A stretch of 64,000 nucleotides of DNA from Pelagibacteraceae bacterium AG-359-E06 (GCA_003280495.1 QCET01000003.1:9208-73207), one strand, 5' to 3'. Positions 12,312 to 22,910 are shown, counted from the stretch's first letter. Numbers and translations: made by a program. The notes: a model not told the origin generated them from the sequence alone.

Positions 12312-13478
12312 TTAGTTTAAACCTTTTTTGAAATAATATAAGTATATAATCCCTAGAATACTTAAGAAAATTATATCAAAATAAAATGGATAATTTTTCC
12401 CTAGATTTAAGAATACTAATCCAGCAAATGGTTGTCCGAGAAATCTAGCTGCTGCTTGACTAGAGTAAGCAGTTCCCAATATTAAACCTTTTTGATTTTC
12501 ATTAGCTTTTTTTGATAACAAACTATTTAAACATGGACTCGTAATACCAATACCATAGCATAATGCTATAATTGCAAAGGGTATAATAGAAATGCTCTCT
12601 GTTGTTATTAAGATGAAACCGATTATTAAAGCTAGGTATCCGCTCTGAATTAATTGAATTTCAGAAAAATTCTTAATTAATATTCTAAGTAAACCACCCT
12701 GCACAACGATTTGTGAAAAACCTGCTAATAGCATAACGTATCCAATTTCTTTTGGCCCCCAAGAAAATGTATCGTTTGTCCAAATTGCTATAATACCTTC
12801 CATACCTGAGAAAACTAAATAAATTATTAATATTAACAAAAAATATGGGTATAGAGACTTATCTTTAGCGACGACCATTTGATCTGAAAGTTTTTGAGAA
12901 ACTTCAGAAAATTCAAAATCTTTTTTAATTTTCAAGCTCTCTTTTAAGAATAATATTACATAAAATAAGTTAACCAAATTCACTGCACTTGCATACCACG
13001 CAACACTACTTAAACTTTCAGGCGTGAAGCTGGATCCTGCAATCAGTCCACCAGCTAAAGGTCCCAAAGTAAATCCAAGACCAAAAGCTACTCCAAACAT
13101 ACCCATACCTTTCGCGCGATTTTCATTGCTTGTTATGTCAGATATATAAGCGGTTCCAACCGATACATTTGTTTTAAAAATACCAGCAACAACACGCGCT
13201 ATAAAAATCAAAAGAAGATTATTACTTAGAGCTAATAAAATATTTGCAATCAATTCTGCAACACAATTTAAGATGATCAAAGGTTTTCTACCTATCTTAT
13301 CAGATAGGCTTCCCCAAAACGGAGATACAAAAAATTGAAAAAAAGAAAATGATCCAAAAGCTACTGTTATTAAAAAAATATCTCCTCCATAATTCTTAAT
13401 AATGAATGGAAGCGTTGCAATTAATACACCACTAAAAGCAAGAACATCTAAAAATAAAAAGAAAACAAACCTACTCAT
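12312..13478 (-). CDS. MFS transporter (12-TM, drug/H+ antiporter-like)
   Basis: GSLSDKIGRKPLI loop motif between TM2 and TM3 and a repeated hydrophobic architecture. Substrate unknown. Confidence 0.8.
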   Translation of the reverse strand: MSRFVFFLFLDVLAFSGVLIATLPFIIKNYGGDIFLITVAFGSFSFFQFFVSPFWGSLSDKIGRKPLIILNCVAELIANILLALSNNLLLIFIARVVAGIFKTNVSVGTAYISDITSNENRAKGMGMFGVAFGLGFTLGPLAGGLIAGSSFTPESLSSVAWYASAVNLVNLFYVILFLKESLKIKKDFEFSEVSQKLSDQMVVAKDKSLYPYFLLILIIYLVFSGMEGIIAIWTNDTFSWGPKEIGYVMLLAGFSQIVVQGGLLRILIKNFSEIQLIQSGYLALIIGFILITTESISIIPFAIIALCYGIGITSPCLNSLLSKKANENQKGLILGTAYSSQAAARFLGQPFAGLVFLNLGKNYPFYFDIIFLSILGIIYLYYFKKGLN

Positions 13479-14265
13479 TCTTAAAAAGAACTTTAATTAA
13501 ATCATTATGAATTTTGTCATTAGATATAAATATGTTTTTCGAATCTTTAATAAATTCATTTCCTTCAAAGTCAGTTATACGTCCACCTGACTCTAATAAA
13601 ATAATAATACCAGCTGCATAATCCCAATAATTTAAATGATCATACCAAGCTAAGTCAGCTCTTCCAGCCGAAACATAAGCAAAGTCTAATGCGGCACTTC
13701 CAAAATTTCTTAATTTATGAATTTTATTTGAGGCTACTTTTAATTGACTAAATATTTTATGATTTTCAACTATATCAAGAGGTGGACATCCGTATAAACC
13801 GATAATCTCTTGCATATTTTGCCTTGATGAAACTCTTATTCTTCTATTATTAACGTACGCTCCTCTACCTTTTTCGGCAAAAAAAAATTCATTTTTTATT
13901 GGATCAAATATAACACCGCAAATAATTTCAGAATTTTTTTCTAATGCAATTGAGGTTGCAAAGTGAGGAATCCCATGCATAAAATTAGATGTTCCATCGA
14001 TTGGGTCTATTATCCAATTAAATTCAGAAGTTTGAGATTCGTTAATGCCGCTCTCTTCTGCAATAAAGCCATATCCAGGTCTTGCTTTACTTAATTCCTC
14101 AATAATAATTTTTTCTACTTTTTTATCGGTTTTTGTAACAAAATCTCCAGGACCCTTTTTTGAGACTTGCAGTCTCTCCACCTCGCCAAAATCTCTGATA
14201 ATAATTTTTGATACCTTATTGCAGATCTTCTCTAAAATATTTATTTCTGGAGATAATAGAGGCAT
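13471..14265 (-). CDS. suhB: inositol monophosphatase family protein
   Basis: FIAEESG, WIIDPIDGTSNF and WDYAAG motifs. Confidence 0.88.
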   Translation of the reverse strand: MPLLSPEINILEKICNKVSKIIIRDFGEVERLQVSKKGPGDFVTKTDKKVEKIIIEELSKARPGYGFIAEESGINESQTSEFNWIIDPIDGTSNFMHGIPHFATSIALEKNSEIICGVIFDPIKNEFFFAEKGRGAYVNNRRIRVSSRQNMQEIIGLYGCPPLDIVENHKIFSQLKVASNKIHKLRNFGSAALDFAYVSAGRADLAWYDHLNYWDYAAGIIILLESGGRITDFEGNEFIKDSKNIFISNDKIHNDLIKVLFKNE

Positions 14266-14828
14266 TAAGTTATTTTTTTGATATATTCTCGAGTGCGAGA
14301 GTCGATTGCAACAGTATCACCTTGATCAACAAAAGGGGGAACCATTATTTTTAAATTATTTTGTATTGTCGCTGGTTTGTAAGAACTTGAAACCGTTTGT
14401 CCCTTAACAACGGCATCTGTCTCTAAAATTTCATATTCTAATTGTTTGGGAAGACTAACACTAATTGGCTTTTCATCATAAAACTCTAAAACAGCATTTA
14501 TATTTTCCTTTAAAAGTAACTTGTCATCACCTATAATTTCATTTGGTATATTTACCTGTTCAAAAGTTTTTTCATCCATAAATACTAGCGAATTTCCATC
14601 TTCGTATAAAAATTGGTAATTTCTTTCATCCAAAGATGCTCTCTCAATCGTTTCTCCAGATCTAAATCTTTCATTTAGTTTTGTACCTTTAGTAACACTT
14701 TTAAGTTCAACTTGATTAAAAGCACCACCTTTGCCCGGTTTTACAGCCTGACTTTTAAGGCATCTCCATAAGTCATTTTTATATTCAATAACGGTACCTG
14801 GTCTAATTTCACTAGCTAGAATTTTCAT
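14265..14828 (-). CDS. efp: translation elongation factor P
   Basis: VKPGKGGAFNQVELKS loop, 187 aa, three-domain length. Confidence 0.93.
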   Translation of the reverse strand: MKILASEIRPGTVIEYKNDLWRCLKSQAVKPGKGGAFNQVELKSVTKGTKLNERFRSGETIERASLDERNYQFLYEDGNSLVFMDEKTFEQVNIPNEIIGDDKLLLKENINAVLEFYDEKPISVSLPKQLEYEILETDAVVKGQTVSSSYKPATIQNNLKIMVPPFVDQGDTVAIDSRTREYIKKIT

Positions 14829-14864
14829 ACCGCTTAATACACTTTTTAATTTATTAATGAAAGA

Positions 14865-15464
14865 TTATTTAAATTTTTTTATCGCTTCTATTGGAGATAT
14901 ATTTTTGTTGCACCATATAAACCCTGAAACAGCAATATAATTTACTCCGTTTTTCAAAAGAATTTTATAATTATTTGAGTTGATACCCCCAATCCCAACA
15001 ATTGGAATTTTAAATATTTTTTTAGCTTTTTTTATCAAGGAAGGATTTGCATCAAATTTTACACTTTTTGTTTTAGTTTTGAAAAAAGCTCCAAAAGCAA
15101 GATAATCAGGTTTATATCTCATAGCTTTTCTCCCAAGAGCAATAGAATTATGACAGGTGATACCAAAAAACTTCTTTTTAGCTAAATATTGTTTATTTAA
15201 TTTATTTTTTAGGTCCTTTTGACCGAGATGAAAACCACAATTGAATGTGCTTGCAAATTCAGGATAATCGTTAATTATTAATTTTGTTTTATACTTTTTT
15301 ACGATTGGAATTATTTTTTTTATATGATTTAATAATTTTACTTTTGATAATTTTTTACTTCTGACCTGCAAAAATTTAATTTTTTTCGTACTTAAAACTT
15401 TAGGTAGATAATAGTAAAATCTTTTATTTAGTTTGTTCGGGGTAATTAAATAAATATTGTTCAA
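14865..15464 (-). CDS. thiE: thiamine-phosphate synthase
   Basis: TMP-TENI fold pattern (LQVRSKK..., GFHLGQKDL, IPIVGIGGIN), about 200 aa. Confidence 0.8.
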   Translation of the reverse strand: MNNIYLITPNKLNKRFYYYLPKVLSTKKIKFLQVRSKKLSKVKLLNHIKKIIPIVKKYKTKLIINDYPEFASTFNCGFHLGQKDLKNKLNKQYLAKKKFFGITCHNSIALGRKAMRYKPDYLAFGAFFKTKTKSVKFDANPSLIKKAKKIFKIPIVGIGGINSNNYKILLKNGVNYIAVSGFIWCNKNISPIEAIKKFK

Positions 15465-15466
15465 TT

Positions 15467-16480
15467 TTAAGCAGCTTTTTCAAGCTCTTTATTCCACTTG
15501 CCTTTGGCTGCTAGGCTGTTCATTTTTGCCCTTTCTTCAAAAGCATGTTGTACACTTTTAGTGTCTTTTAAATCTTTTGCCCAGGTTTTGAGTGCGCTTT
15601 GTTGTAAAGCTCTTCCATATGAAAATGTAAAAGCAAATTTCGAGTCATTAACTTTATTTATTTCATTAAGGTTCATCGTGGCTTCAAATTCAGATTGCCC
15701 TCCAGATAAAAAAGCTATTCCTGGTACTCCTGAGGGAACATTTTTTTTAAGACAATTTAAAGTAAGTTTTGCAACTTCGCTTGGATTATTTTTTGTATTA
15801 CTTTCACTTCCATTTAAAATCATGTTTGGTTTTAAAACGATGCCTTCCACGTCCACATTATTATTTGCTAACTGGTAAAAAGTTTCTTCCAGTATCATTG
15901 AAGTGACATCATTGCATACATTTATGTTGTGTTTGCCATCCATTAAAAGCTCTGGCTCAACTATTGGCACCATATTAGCTTCTTGTACTAAAGCGGAATA
16001 TCTTCCAAGTGCATGAGAATTTGCTTTAATAGATTCTTTACTTGGCAAATTATCCTTTTCGGAAATTTTGTAGACAGCTCTCCATTTCGCAAATCTTGCA
16101 CCCAATTCATAATATTCTTTTAACCTCTCTCTTAGACCATCTAAACCCTCTGTAATTGTTTCATCTTTTGAAAGTGCTAGTTTTTTAGCACCCTTATCTA
16201 CTTTAATTCCTGGCAAAATATTTCTTTCGTTTAATATTTCTGAAATGGACTTACCACTCACCTTTTGTCTGATGGTCTCATCAAACAAAATGACCCCACT
16301 TATATAATCTGAAATTTTAGGAGAGGAGAACAATGTATTTCTAAAATTGAGCCTATTTTCTGAAGTTGACTCAACATTTACCGATTGTAAACGTTTTGTC
16401 ATAGTTCCCGTACTTTCATCAGCAGCCAAAATACCTTTTCCTTTAGCGACCATTTGTTTTGCAATTTTTTTAATATCCAT
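15467..16480 (-). CDS. fba: fructose-bisphosphate aldolase, class I
   Basis: GKGILAADESTGTMTKRL, LLKPNM-type Schiff-base region (VLKPNMIL), FLSGGQSE. Confidence 0.92.
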   Translation of the reverse strand: MDIKKIAKQMVAKGKGILAADESTGTMTKRLQSVNVESTSENRLNFRNTLFSSPKISDYISGVILFDETIRQKVSGKSISEILNERNILPGIKVDKGAKKLALSKDETITEGLDGLRERLKEYYELGARFAKWRAVYKISEKDNLPSKESIKANSHALGRYSALVQEANMVPIVEPELLMDGKHNINVCNDVTSMILEETFYQLANNNVDVEGIVLKPNMILNGSESNTKNNPSEVAKLTLNCLKKNVPSGVPGIAFLSGGQSEFEATMNLNEINKVNDSKFAFTFSYGRALQQSALKTWAKDLKDTKSVQHAFEERAKMNSLAAKGKWNKELEKAA

Positions 16481-16501
16481 TTTGACTATTCTAGCACAAA
16501 A

Positions 16502-17680
16502 TTATTTTTCAAGTACCTTTAAGCCTGGTAAAACTTTACCCTCAAGCCATTCTAAAAATGCACCACCTGCGGTTGATATATAACTAAAATCACTTATTAA
16601 ATTCGATTTTTTTATTGCGGCAAATGTATCTCCACCGCCTGCAACTGAAATCAAATTATTTTTTTTTGTATAATTAGCTACTGATTTTGCAATTTTTTCT
16701 GTACCATTTGAAAAATTATCATTCTCAAATAATCCAAAAGGACCGTTCCACAAAACAGTTTTACATTTACTCAATTTTTCGTCTATTATTTTAATTGTTT
16801 CATTTCCAATATCAAAAATAAAATCATCATTATTTACTTCATTTAATTTTTTTAATATCCCTTTAGTATGTTGATTTTGAGATACAATCACATCAGTTGG
16901 TAAAATAATTTTACATCCACATCGATTAGCAACTTGGTGAATACTTTTTACAATACTAATATCTACCTGCTCAAAGTACGATTTACCAATATTTACGTTA
17001 TCATATTTAAAAAAATTATTAGCCATAGCCCCGCCAATAATCATGTAGTCCATTTTAGGAAGTAAATTAATGATTAAATCAATTTTTGTTGAAATTTTTG
17101 ATCCACCAATCAAGCATGCTACGGGTTTTTGAGTTTGAGTAATAATTTTATTCAATGCATTAATTTCTTCAATAACAGTCTCACCTGCATAGGAGTCAAT
17201 ATATTTAGTTACACCATTAATTGAAGCGTGGGATCTATGTGAACATGAGAAAGCTTCATTTATGTAAACATCAGCAATGCTTGCTAGTTTTTTCGAAAAT
17301 TCTTCATTGTTTGTTTCCTCTCCAGGATAAAATCTTATATTTTCAAGTAAAAATATATTTTTTTTTGATTTTTTTATTTTCGATTTTTCTATTTTTTCAA
17401 TATCTTTAAAATCTATTTCACTATCTAGTGCTTTCTCAATTTCACTTTTTATGGGATGAAACGATAAGCCATCTTTCATATTTTTTTTTGGCCTACCTAA
17501 ATGTGAGCACAAAACGATTTTATTATTATTATTAATATAACTATGTATAATTTCTTTCATTTTATTTATTCGAGTGATGTCTTGAATTTTTTTGTTATTT
17601 ATAGGCACATTAAAATCTACGCGTAGTAAAATAATTTTATTTTTTGTAGAATTCTTATCAAGAATTTTGTACTGACTCAT
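16502..17680 (-). CDS. pgk: phosphoglycerate kinase
   Basis: LLRVDFNVP, SHLGRP, and C-terminal GGGDT. Confidence 0.95.
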   Translation of the reverse strand: MSQYKILDKNSTKNKIILLRVDFNVPINNKKIQDITRINKMKEIIHSYINNNNKIVLCSHLGRPKKNMKDGLSFHPIKSEIEKALDSEIDFKDIEKIEKSKIKKSKKNIFLLENIRFYPGEETNNEEFSKKLASIADVYINEAFSCSHRSHASINGVTKYIDSYAGETVIEEINALNKIITQTQKPVACLIGGSKISTKIDLIINLLPKMDYMIIGGAMANNFFKYDNVNIGKSYFEQVDISIVKSIHQVANRCGCKIILPTDVIVSQNQHTKGILKKLNEVNNDDFIFDIGNETIKIIDEKLSKCKTVLWNGPFGLFENDNFSNGTEKIAKSVANYTKKNNLISVAGGGDTFAAIKKSNLISDFSYISTAGGAFLEWLEGKVLPGLKVLEK

Positions 17681-18687
17681 TTTAAAGTCTTTTTCATAAA
17701 AATTGCTAATTCATTCATCCTATTAGCAAATCCCCATTCATTGTCATACCAAGAAAAAACAGTTCCGTATCTGTTACCTAAAACTTTTGTAAGACCGAGA
17801 TCTATAATGGAAGATCTTGTATCGTGATTGAAATCTGAGGATACTAATGGCATCGCTTCTACACCCATAATATTTTTAAGATTTTTATTGCTTGCTTTAA
17901 TAAACGAGTTATTTACTGTTTTTTCAGTGACTATTTTCTTTGTTAAAAAATTTAATTGAACCAAGGAGACATTCGGCACTGGCACTCTTAAAGATATGCC
18001 ATCAATCTTATTTCCAATTTCTGGAATTATCATTCTTAATGATTTCGCGGCTCCCGTTGAAGTTGGGACGATAGAATTTGGGGCACTTCTAGCCCTTCTT
18101 AGATCTTTGTGAGAATTATCTAATAATCTTTGATCACTGGTATAAGCATGAACAGTTGTCATATATCCTTTTTCAATTCCAAAATTTTCATTTAAAACGG
18201 AAACTACTGGAGCTAAACAATTTGTGGTACAAGATGCTACTGAAACAACTTTATCTTTTTTAGTAATTTTTTTGTGATTAATTCCAAAGACCACTGTTTT
18301 GTCTGCATTTTTACATGGTGCAGAGACAATTACTTTTTTTGCACCTGCCTTTAGGTGTCCGCTAGCTTGTGATTTTGTATTAAATTTTCCAGAACATTCA
18401 AAAACAATATCAATTTTATGTTTTTTCCATGGACATTCTTTAGGTTCCAACTTACTCGATAAGGCAATTTTATCTTTATTTATGAATAGTGTATCTCTAT
18501 TATTTTTTACTTTTAATTTAAAGTCACCGTGAATTGAATCTTTCTGCAATAGAAATGCACTTATATCAGCAGATGCTTTATTATTAATTGCAACCACTTT
18601 TATTTTTTTGTTAAATTTATTTTCGTAAATAGATCTTAATACCATTCTGCCAATTCTTCCAAAACCATTTATGGCTACTTTAATCAT
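17677..18687 (-). CDS. gap: glyceraldehyde-3-phosphate dehydrogenase
   Basis: [11 protein letters not shown], catalytic [18 protein letters not shown]. Confidence 0.95.
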   Translation of the reverse strand: MIKVAINGFGRIGRMVLRSIYENKFNKKIKVVAINNKASADISAFLLQKDSIHGDFKLKVKNNRDTLFINKDKIALSSKLEPKECPWKKHKIDIVFECSGKFNTKSQASGHLKAGAKKVIVSAPCKNADKTVVFGINHKKITKKDKVVSVASCTTNCLAPVVSVLNENFGIEKGYMTTVHAYTSDQRLLDNSHKDLRRARSAPNSIVPTSTGAAKSLRMIIPEIGNKIDGISLRVPVPNVSLVQLNFLTKKIVTEKTVNNSFIKASNKNLKNIMGVEAMPLVSSDFNHDTRSSIIDLGLTKVLGNRYGTVFSWYDNEWGFANRMNELAIFMKKTLK

Positions 18688-20623
18688 TTATTATCCCACT
18701 AATCGAATTAGATATTTCATCTGCTTTTAAATTAAAATCATTGAATATTTCTTTATATGGAGCACTTTTGCCAAAATCATCAACCCCAAATGATTTTCCT
18801 TTTTTTCCGACGTATTTGCCCCAGCTATCTGTTTTGGCAGCTTCAATTGAAAAAATTATATCTGTCTCGTCTAAAATTTTAGATTTTGTTTCTTCAGAAT
18901 TTTTTTCGAAAATATCTAAGCAAGGCACAGATATTATTTTTGAATATATATTTCTTGTGGCTAATTTATGTCCTACTTCTATTGCCAAGCCCACCTCGGA
19001 TCCAGAAGCTAAGATTGTACATTTAATATCATTTCCTGTTCTCATAATTTCATAAGCACCGCTTTCACAATAATTTTGCTCAGTGAATTGTTTTCTAATT
19101 GGACTAACTCTTTGTCTTGTAAGGGCAATTACACTTGGTGTTTGATTATTTTGCAATGCTATCTGCCAACATTCTGCGACTTCGGTTGTGTCTGCAGGTC
19201 TAAATACATTTAGATTTGGAATAGATCGAAGACCTGATAATTGTTCAACCGGTTGATGCGTTGGACCATCTTCTCCTAAACCTATGGAGTCATGGCTTAA
19301 AACAAATATTACACCAATTTTCATTAACGCAGCTAATCTTATTGCAGGCTTACAATAATCACTAAAAATCAAAAAAGTACCGCCATATGGTTTCAGATTG
19401 CTGTGCAATGCTATACCATTCATAACTGCACACATAGCGTGCTCTCTTACTCCGTAGTGTATATAATTTCCTTTAAAATCATTTGCCTTAATAATTTTAT
19501 GAGATTTAATTTTAGTATTGTTTGATCCTGATAAATCTGCTGAACCACCAATTAAAAATTTATTCTTTTCCACCAAGTGTGATAATATTTTTTCAGATGA
19601 TTTACGTGTTGCCATTGCATCGTTATTTTTAAAAATATCATTTTTAGCCTTTAATATTATCTCATCTAAATCATAATTATATTTTTTAATTTCTTTTACT
19701 AAATCGTTTTTTTGTGACTCTTTTTTAAATCTTGTACCTATTTTTCTCCATTCTAAAAGTATATGCTCTGGTATTTCAAAAGGTTTATAAGGCCATTTAA
19801 GTTTTTTTCGAACAAGATTTACCTCTTCTTCTCCAAGAGGACTGCCATGAGAATCAGAAGTTTTAGCTTTATTTGGTGATCCGAACCCAATAATTGTTTT
19901 GCACGATATAGCCGTGGGTCTTTTTGCTTTTTGTGCTTTTTTCAAAGCTTTAAAAATCTCTTTCTCATTGTGACCATTTATTTCAATATAGTCCCAATTA
20001 TAACTTTCAAATCTTTTTCTAAAGTTATCAGAAACTGTGAGATTAGTTGGTCCATCAATTGAAATAGAATTATTATCAAATAAAAGAATTAGATTTTTTA
20101 ACTTAAGGTGTCCAGCAAGACTTAAGGCTTCATGGCTAATACCCTCCATGAGACATCCATCGCCTACAGTAACGTATGTTTTATGATTTACTTTAGATTT
20201 ACCAAACTTGCTTTTTAAAATTTCCTCAGCTATTGCAAAGCCAACTGAATTAGCAATTCCTTGTCCAAGCGGACCAGTTGTCGTTTCAATGCCAGAGTTT
20301 TTTTCATATTCTGGGTGTCCTGCGCAAATAGAATTTAATTGTCTAAAATTTTTAATATCTTCTAATTTAATACTTTTATAGCCGGTCAAATATAAAAGCG
20401 AGTATAACAACATTGAACCATGACCATTTGATATAATAAATCTATCTCTATTAATCCACCCTGGGTTGTTTGGATCAAATCTTAAAAAGTTTTTAAAAAG
20501 AACAGTGCAAATATCTGCCATACCCATAGGCATACCCGGGTGCCCTGAATTAGCCTGTTGTACGGCATCAATGGATAAAAATCTAATCGCGTTTGCTAGT
20601 TCAGAATGTTTTACTTTTGACAT
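18680..20623 (-). CDS. tkt: transketolase
   Basis: [37 protein letters not shown] motif, 647 aa. Confidence 0.95.
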   Translation of the reverse strand: MSKVKHSELANAIRFLSIDAVQQANSGHPGMPMGMADICTVLFKNFLRFDPNNPGWINRDRFIISNGHGSMLLYSLLYLTGYKSIKLEDIKNFRQLNSICAGHPEYEKNSGIETTTGPLGQGIANSVGFAIAEEILKSKFGKSKVNHKTYVTVGDGCLMEGISHEALSLAGHLKLKNLILLFDNNSISIDGPTNLTVSDNFRKRFESYNWDYIEINGHNEKEIFKALKKAQKAKRPTAISCKTIIGFGSPNKAKTSDSHGSPLGEEEVNLVRKKLKWPYKPFEIPEHILLEWRKIGTRFKKESQKNDLVKEIKKYNYDLDEIILKAKNDIFKNNDAMATRKSSEKILSHLVEKNKFLIGGSADLSGSNNTKIKSHKIIKANDFKGNYIHYGVREHAMCAVMNGIALHSNLKPYGGTFLIFSDYCKPAIRLAALMKIGVIFVLSHDSIGLGEDGPTHQPVEQLSGLRSIPNLNVFRPADTTEVAECWQIALQNNQTPSVIALTRQRVSPIRKQFTEQNYCESGAYEIMRTGNDIKCTILASGSEVGLAIEVGHKLATRNIYSKIISVPCLDIFEKNSEETKSKILDETDIIFSIEAAKTDSWGKYVGKKGKSFGVDDFGKSAPYKEIFNDFNLKADEISNSISGIIND

Positions 20624-20630
20624 TAAATCT

Positions 20631-20651
20631 TTTCGACTTTCGTTGTCGAAA
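20631..20651. repeat. 7-bp inverted repeat TTTCGAC-N7-GTCGAAA in the tkt / zapA-cluster divergent spacer
   Basis: Read directly from the sequence. On the tkt mRNA strand it would be a hairpin ending 7 nt before the start codon. Function unknown. Confidence 0.5.
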
Positions 20652-20698
20652 TTAATATTACTTTGCTGTATAAATATAAATACTAAAATTTATATAGT

Positions 20699-21136
20699 AT
20701 GGATAATATTAAAACAAAAGAGCTTGAATTATTACAAACTCTCTCAAAACTAGATTTGTTTACTGATTTAGTTGCTAATTCTAAAAAGAAAATTGTTGAT
20801 TTAGAAAGCGTCAAAGGAGATCTAGAAAATGAAAAAAAACAGCTTATGGAAAAGTTATCCACACTTGAAGATGAAAACAAATCCTTAATTAATCAACTCT
20901 CAGAACTTCAAGGTAAAAATCTTTCAGCTTCCTCCAATGAAGATTTGAAAGATAAGATTATCGCAATTGAGGATGAAAATAATAAATTAAAAAAGGACAT
21001 TGCTATTATGGAGGAAGAATTAGAGGTGTCCAGATATAAAGTTTTAGAAAGTGAAAATAAGCAAAAAAAAGTGTCTGAGAAGTTGGATGAACTTAACCAA
21101 GAAACAGAAAATTTATTTGAAAACGACGAATGGTAA
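20699..21136 (+). CDS. coiled-coil protein upstream of zapA (DUF4164/ZauP-like by position)
   Basis: All-helical heptad-rich sequence of 145 aa. The stop overlaps the zapA start (ATGGTAA). Confidence 0.45.
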   Translation: MDNIKTKELELLQTLSKLDLFTDLVANSKKKIVDLESVKGDLENEKKQLMEKLSTLEDENKSLINQLSELQGKNLSASSNEDLKDKIIAIEDENNKLKKDIAIMEEELEVSRYKVLESENKQKKVSEKLDELNQETENLFENDEW

Positions 21137-21558
21137 ACGTAAACATTAAATTTAATGGTAGAGACTACCTTTTGGCTTGTGAAGATGGGCAAGAGGAAGA
21201 TCTAGAAAAATTAACAAATCAACTTAATGAAAAATTTAATAAATTAAAATCTGATCTTGGTAATTTAGGTGAAGCAAAGCTACTTTTAATAACGACAATT
21301 CAAATTATGGATGAATTATTAACTGTAAAATCTACTTTGAAAAAATTAAAGGATCATAACAATGAACTCGAAAAAAAATTTAAGGAAATAAAAGATTTGT
21401 CTATAACGTATAAAGAAAACCGTGATCTAGAAGTACGAAAACTGGATAATGAGTTAAGTGAATTAAAAGCTTCAATTGAAAATAATGAAAAAAATTACAC
21501 AAAAATTATCAATAAAGTAAATGACTCAATTAATGCTTTTATAACAAAAGCTTCTTAA
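21130..21558 (+). CDS. zapA: cell division protein ZapA
   Basis: VNVNIKFNGRDYLLACEDGQEEDLEKLTNQLNEKF matches the ZapA N-terminal domain. Coiled-coil C-terminus. Precedes the 5-FCL gene, as in many proteobacteria. Confidence 0.75.
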   Translation: MVNVNIKFNGRDYLLACEDGQEEDLEKLTNQLNEKFNKLKSDLGNLGEAKLLLITTIQIMDELLTVKSTLKKLKDHNNELEKKFKEIKDLSITYKENRDLEVRKLDNELSELKASIENNEKNYTKIINKVNDSINAFITKAS

Positions 21559-22107
21559 TTGATGAAATCCCTACTACGCGAAAAATATTTTTCTTTAAGA
21601 AAAAAAAATTATTTTGATCTTAACAAAAAACAAATTGATTTTATGCTTTCGAACATCGGAAAGATTATAAAAAAAAAAAATAAAAAAAGATTTGGTATTT
21701 ATTATCCTATTAAATGTGAGATAAATATATTTTCAGTAATAGCTAATACATATCTTAATTGTAATATAATGCTACCAAGTCTAAAAAAAAATAATGGTAA
21801 AATGATATTTAGAAAATGGGATAGAACACAGCCATTATGTTTAGGTAAATTTGGAATTCCAGAACCTCATTCTAATAATATTAGTTTAGAGCCTGATATA
21901 TTGATTGTTCCACTACTTGCATTTGACAAAAATAAAAACAGGCTTGGTTATGGTGGTGGCTATTATGACAAATATCTTTATGAGTCTAAAAAAAAAAATA
22001 TTTTGTCAATTGGTTTAGGTTTTAGTTTTCAAAAAACCAAATGTGTACCGACTAATAAATATGATAAAAAATTAGATTATGTATTAACTGAAGGAGAATT
22101 ACTTTAA
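21559..22107 (+). CDS. 5-formyltetrahydrofolate cyclo-ligase
   Basis: C-terminal LGYGGGYYDKYL motif, about 180 aa. Start is TTG 21559 or ATG 21562. Confidence 0.8.
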   Translation: MMKSLLREKYFSLRKKNYFDLNKKQIDFMLSNIGKIIKKKNKKRFGIYYPIKCEINIFSVIANTYLNCNIMLPSLKKNNGKMIFRKWDRTQPLCLGKFGIPEPHSNNISLEPDILIVPLLAFDKNKNRLGYGGGYYDKYLYESKKKNILSIGLGFSFQKTKCVPTNKYDKKLDYVLTEGELL

Positions 22108-22109
22108 TA

Positions 22110-22910
22110 ATGAATTTTTTATTTTTGGGAGATATTGTTGGTAGAGCAGGAAGAATTGCAGTAATTGAAAAGTTACCAAAAATTATATCAGATCACAAAA
22201 TTGATTTTGTTATTGCCAACGGAGAAAATTCTGCAGGTGGTTATGGTATTACCCCATCCATATGTGATGAATTGTTTAAGTGTGGAGTTGATGTAATTAC
22301 ATCGGGAAACCATATTTGGGATCAAAAAGAAATTCTTAATTATATAATTAATGAAAAAAGGCTTTTGAGGCCATTCAACTTTGAAGATGGAACTCCTGGC
22401 AGTGGTTTTGAAATATACAACAAAAAAAATGTAAAAGTTGGAGTTATGAACATTATGGGAAATATTCATATGAAAAAATGTAATAACGTTTTTGAAATAA
22501 TAGAAAAAAAGATCTCTGAAATTAAACTTAAAACACATGTAGACTTTCTATTAATTGATTTTCACGCAGAGTTAACAAGTGAGAAACAAGCAATGGGTCA
22601 TTTATTGGACGGTAAGGCCACTCTTGTCGTCGGGACTCATACACATACACCGACTTTAGATTATAGAATTTTGGATAAGGGTACAGCTTTTCAAACTGAT
22701 GCAGGAATGTGTGGCGATTATAACTCTGTAATTGGAATGAAAAAAGAAAACGCTATCTTAAGATTCTTTAAAAAAAAAACAGATCGTTTAGTTCCAGCTA
22801 TGGAAGTACCAACTATTTCTGGAATAATCGTTGAAGGTAATAATGATACTGGACTTGCAAAAAATATTTATCCAATATTAACTGGTGGGAACTTAAAATA
22901 CAAAAGTTAG
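22110..22910 (+). CDS. YmdB-like metallophosphoesterase (TIGR00282-type)
   Basis: FLFLGDIVGRAGR, ANGENSAGGYGIT, GNHIWD, GTHTHTPT. Confidence 0.8.
   Translation: MNFLFLGDIVGRAGRIAVIEKLPKIISDHKIDFVIANGENSAGGYGITPSICDELFKCGVDVITSGNHIWDQKEILNYIINEKRLLRPFNFEDGTPGSGFEIYNKKNVKVGVMNIMGNIHMKKCNNVFEIIEKKISEIKLKTHVDFLLIDFHAELTSEKQAMGHLLDGKATLVVGTHTHTPTLDYRILDKGTAFQTDAGMCGDYNSVIGMKKENAILRFFKKKTDRLVPAMEVPTISGIIVEGNNDTGLAKNIYPILTGGNLKYKS

Noticed and set aside
21370-21558. Possibility that the 3' half of the long zapA ORF is really a 6S RNA gene at the conserved zapA/5-FCL position.
   Set aside because: The segment is uniformly purine/A-rich (Lys/Glu/Asn codons) with no complementary pyrimidine-rich arm, so it cannot form the long interrupted 6S hairpin. 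It reads as a continuous coiled-coil in frame with the ZapA domain.
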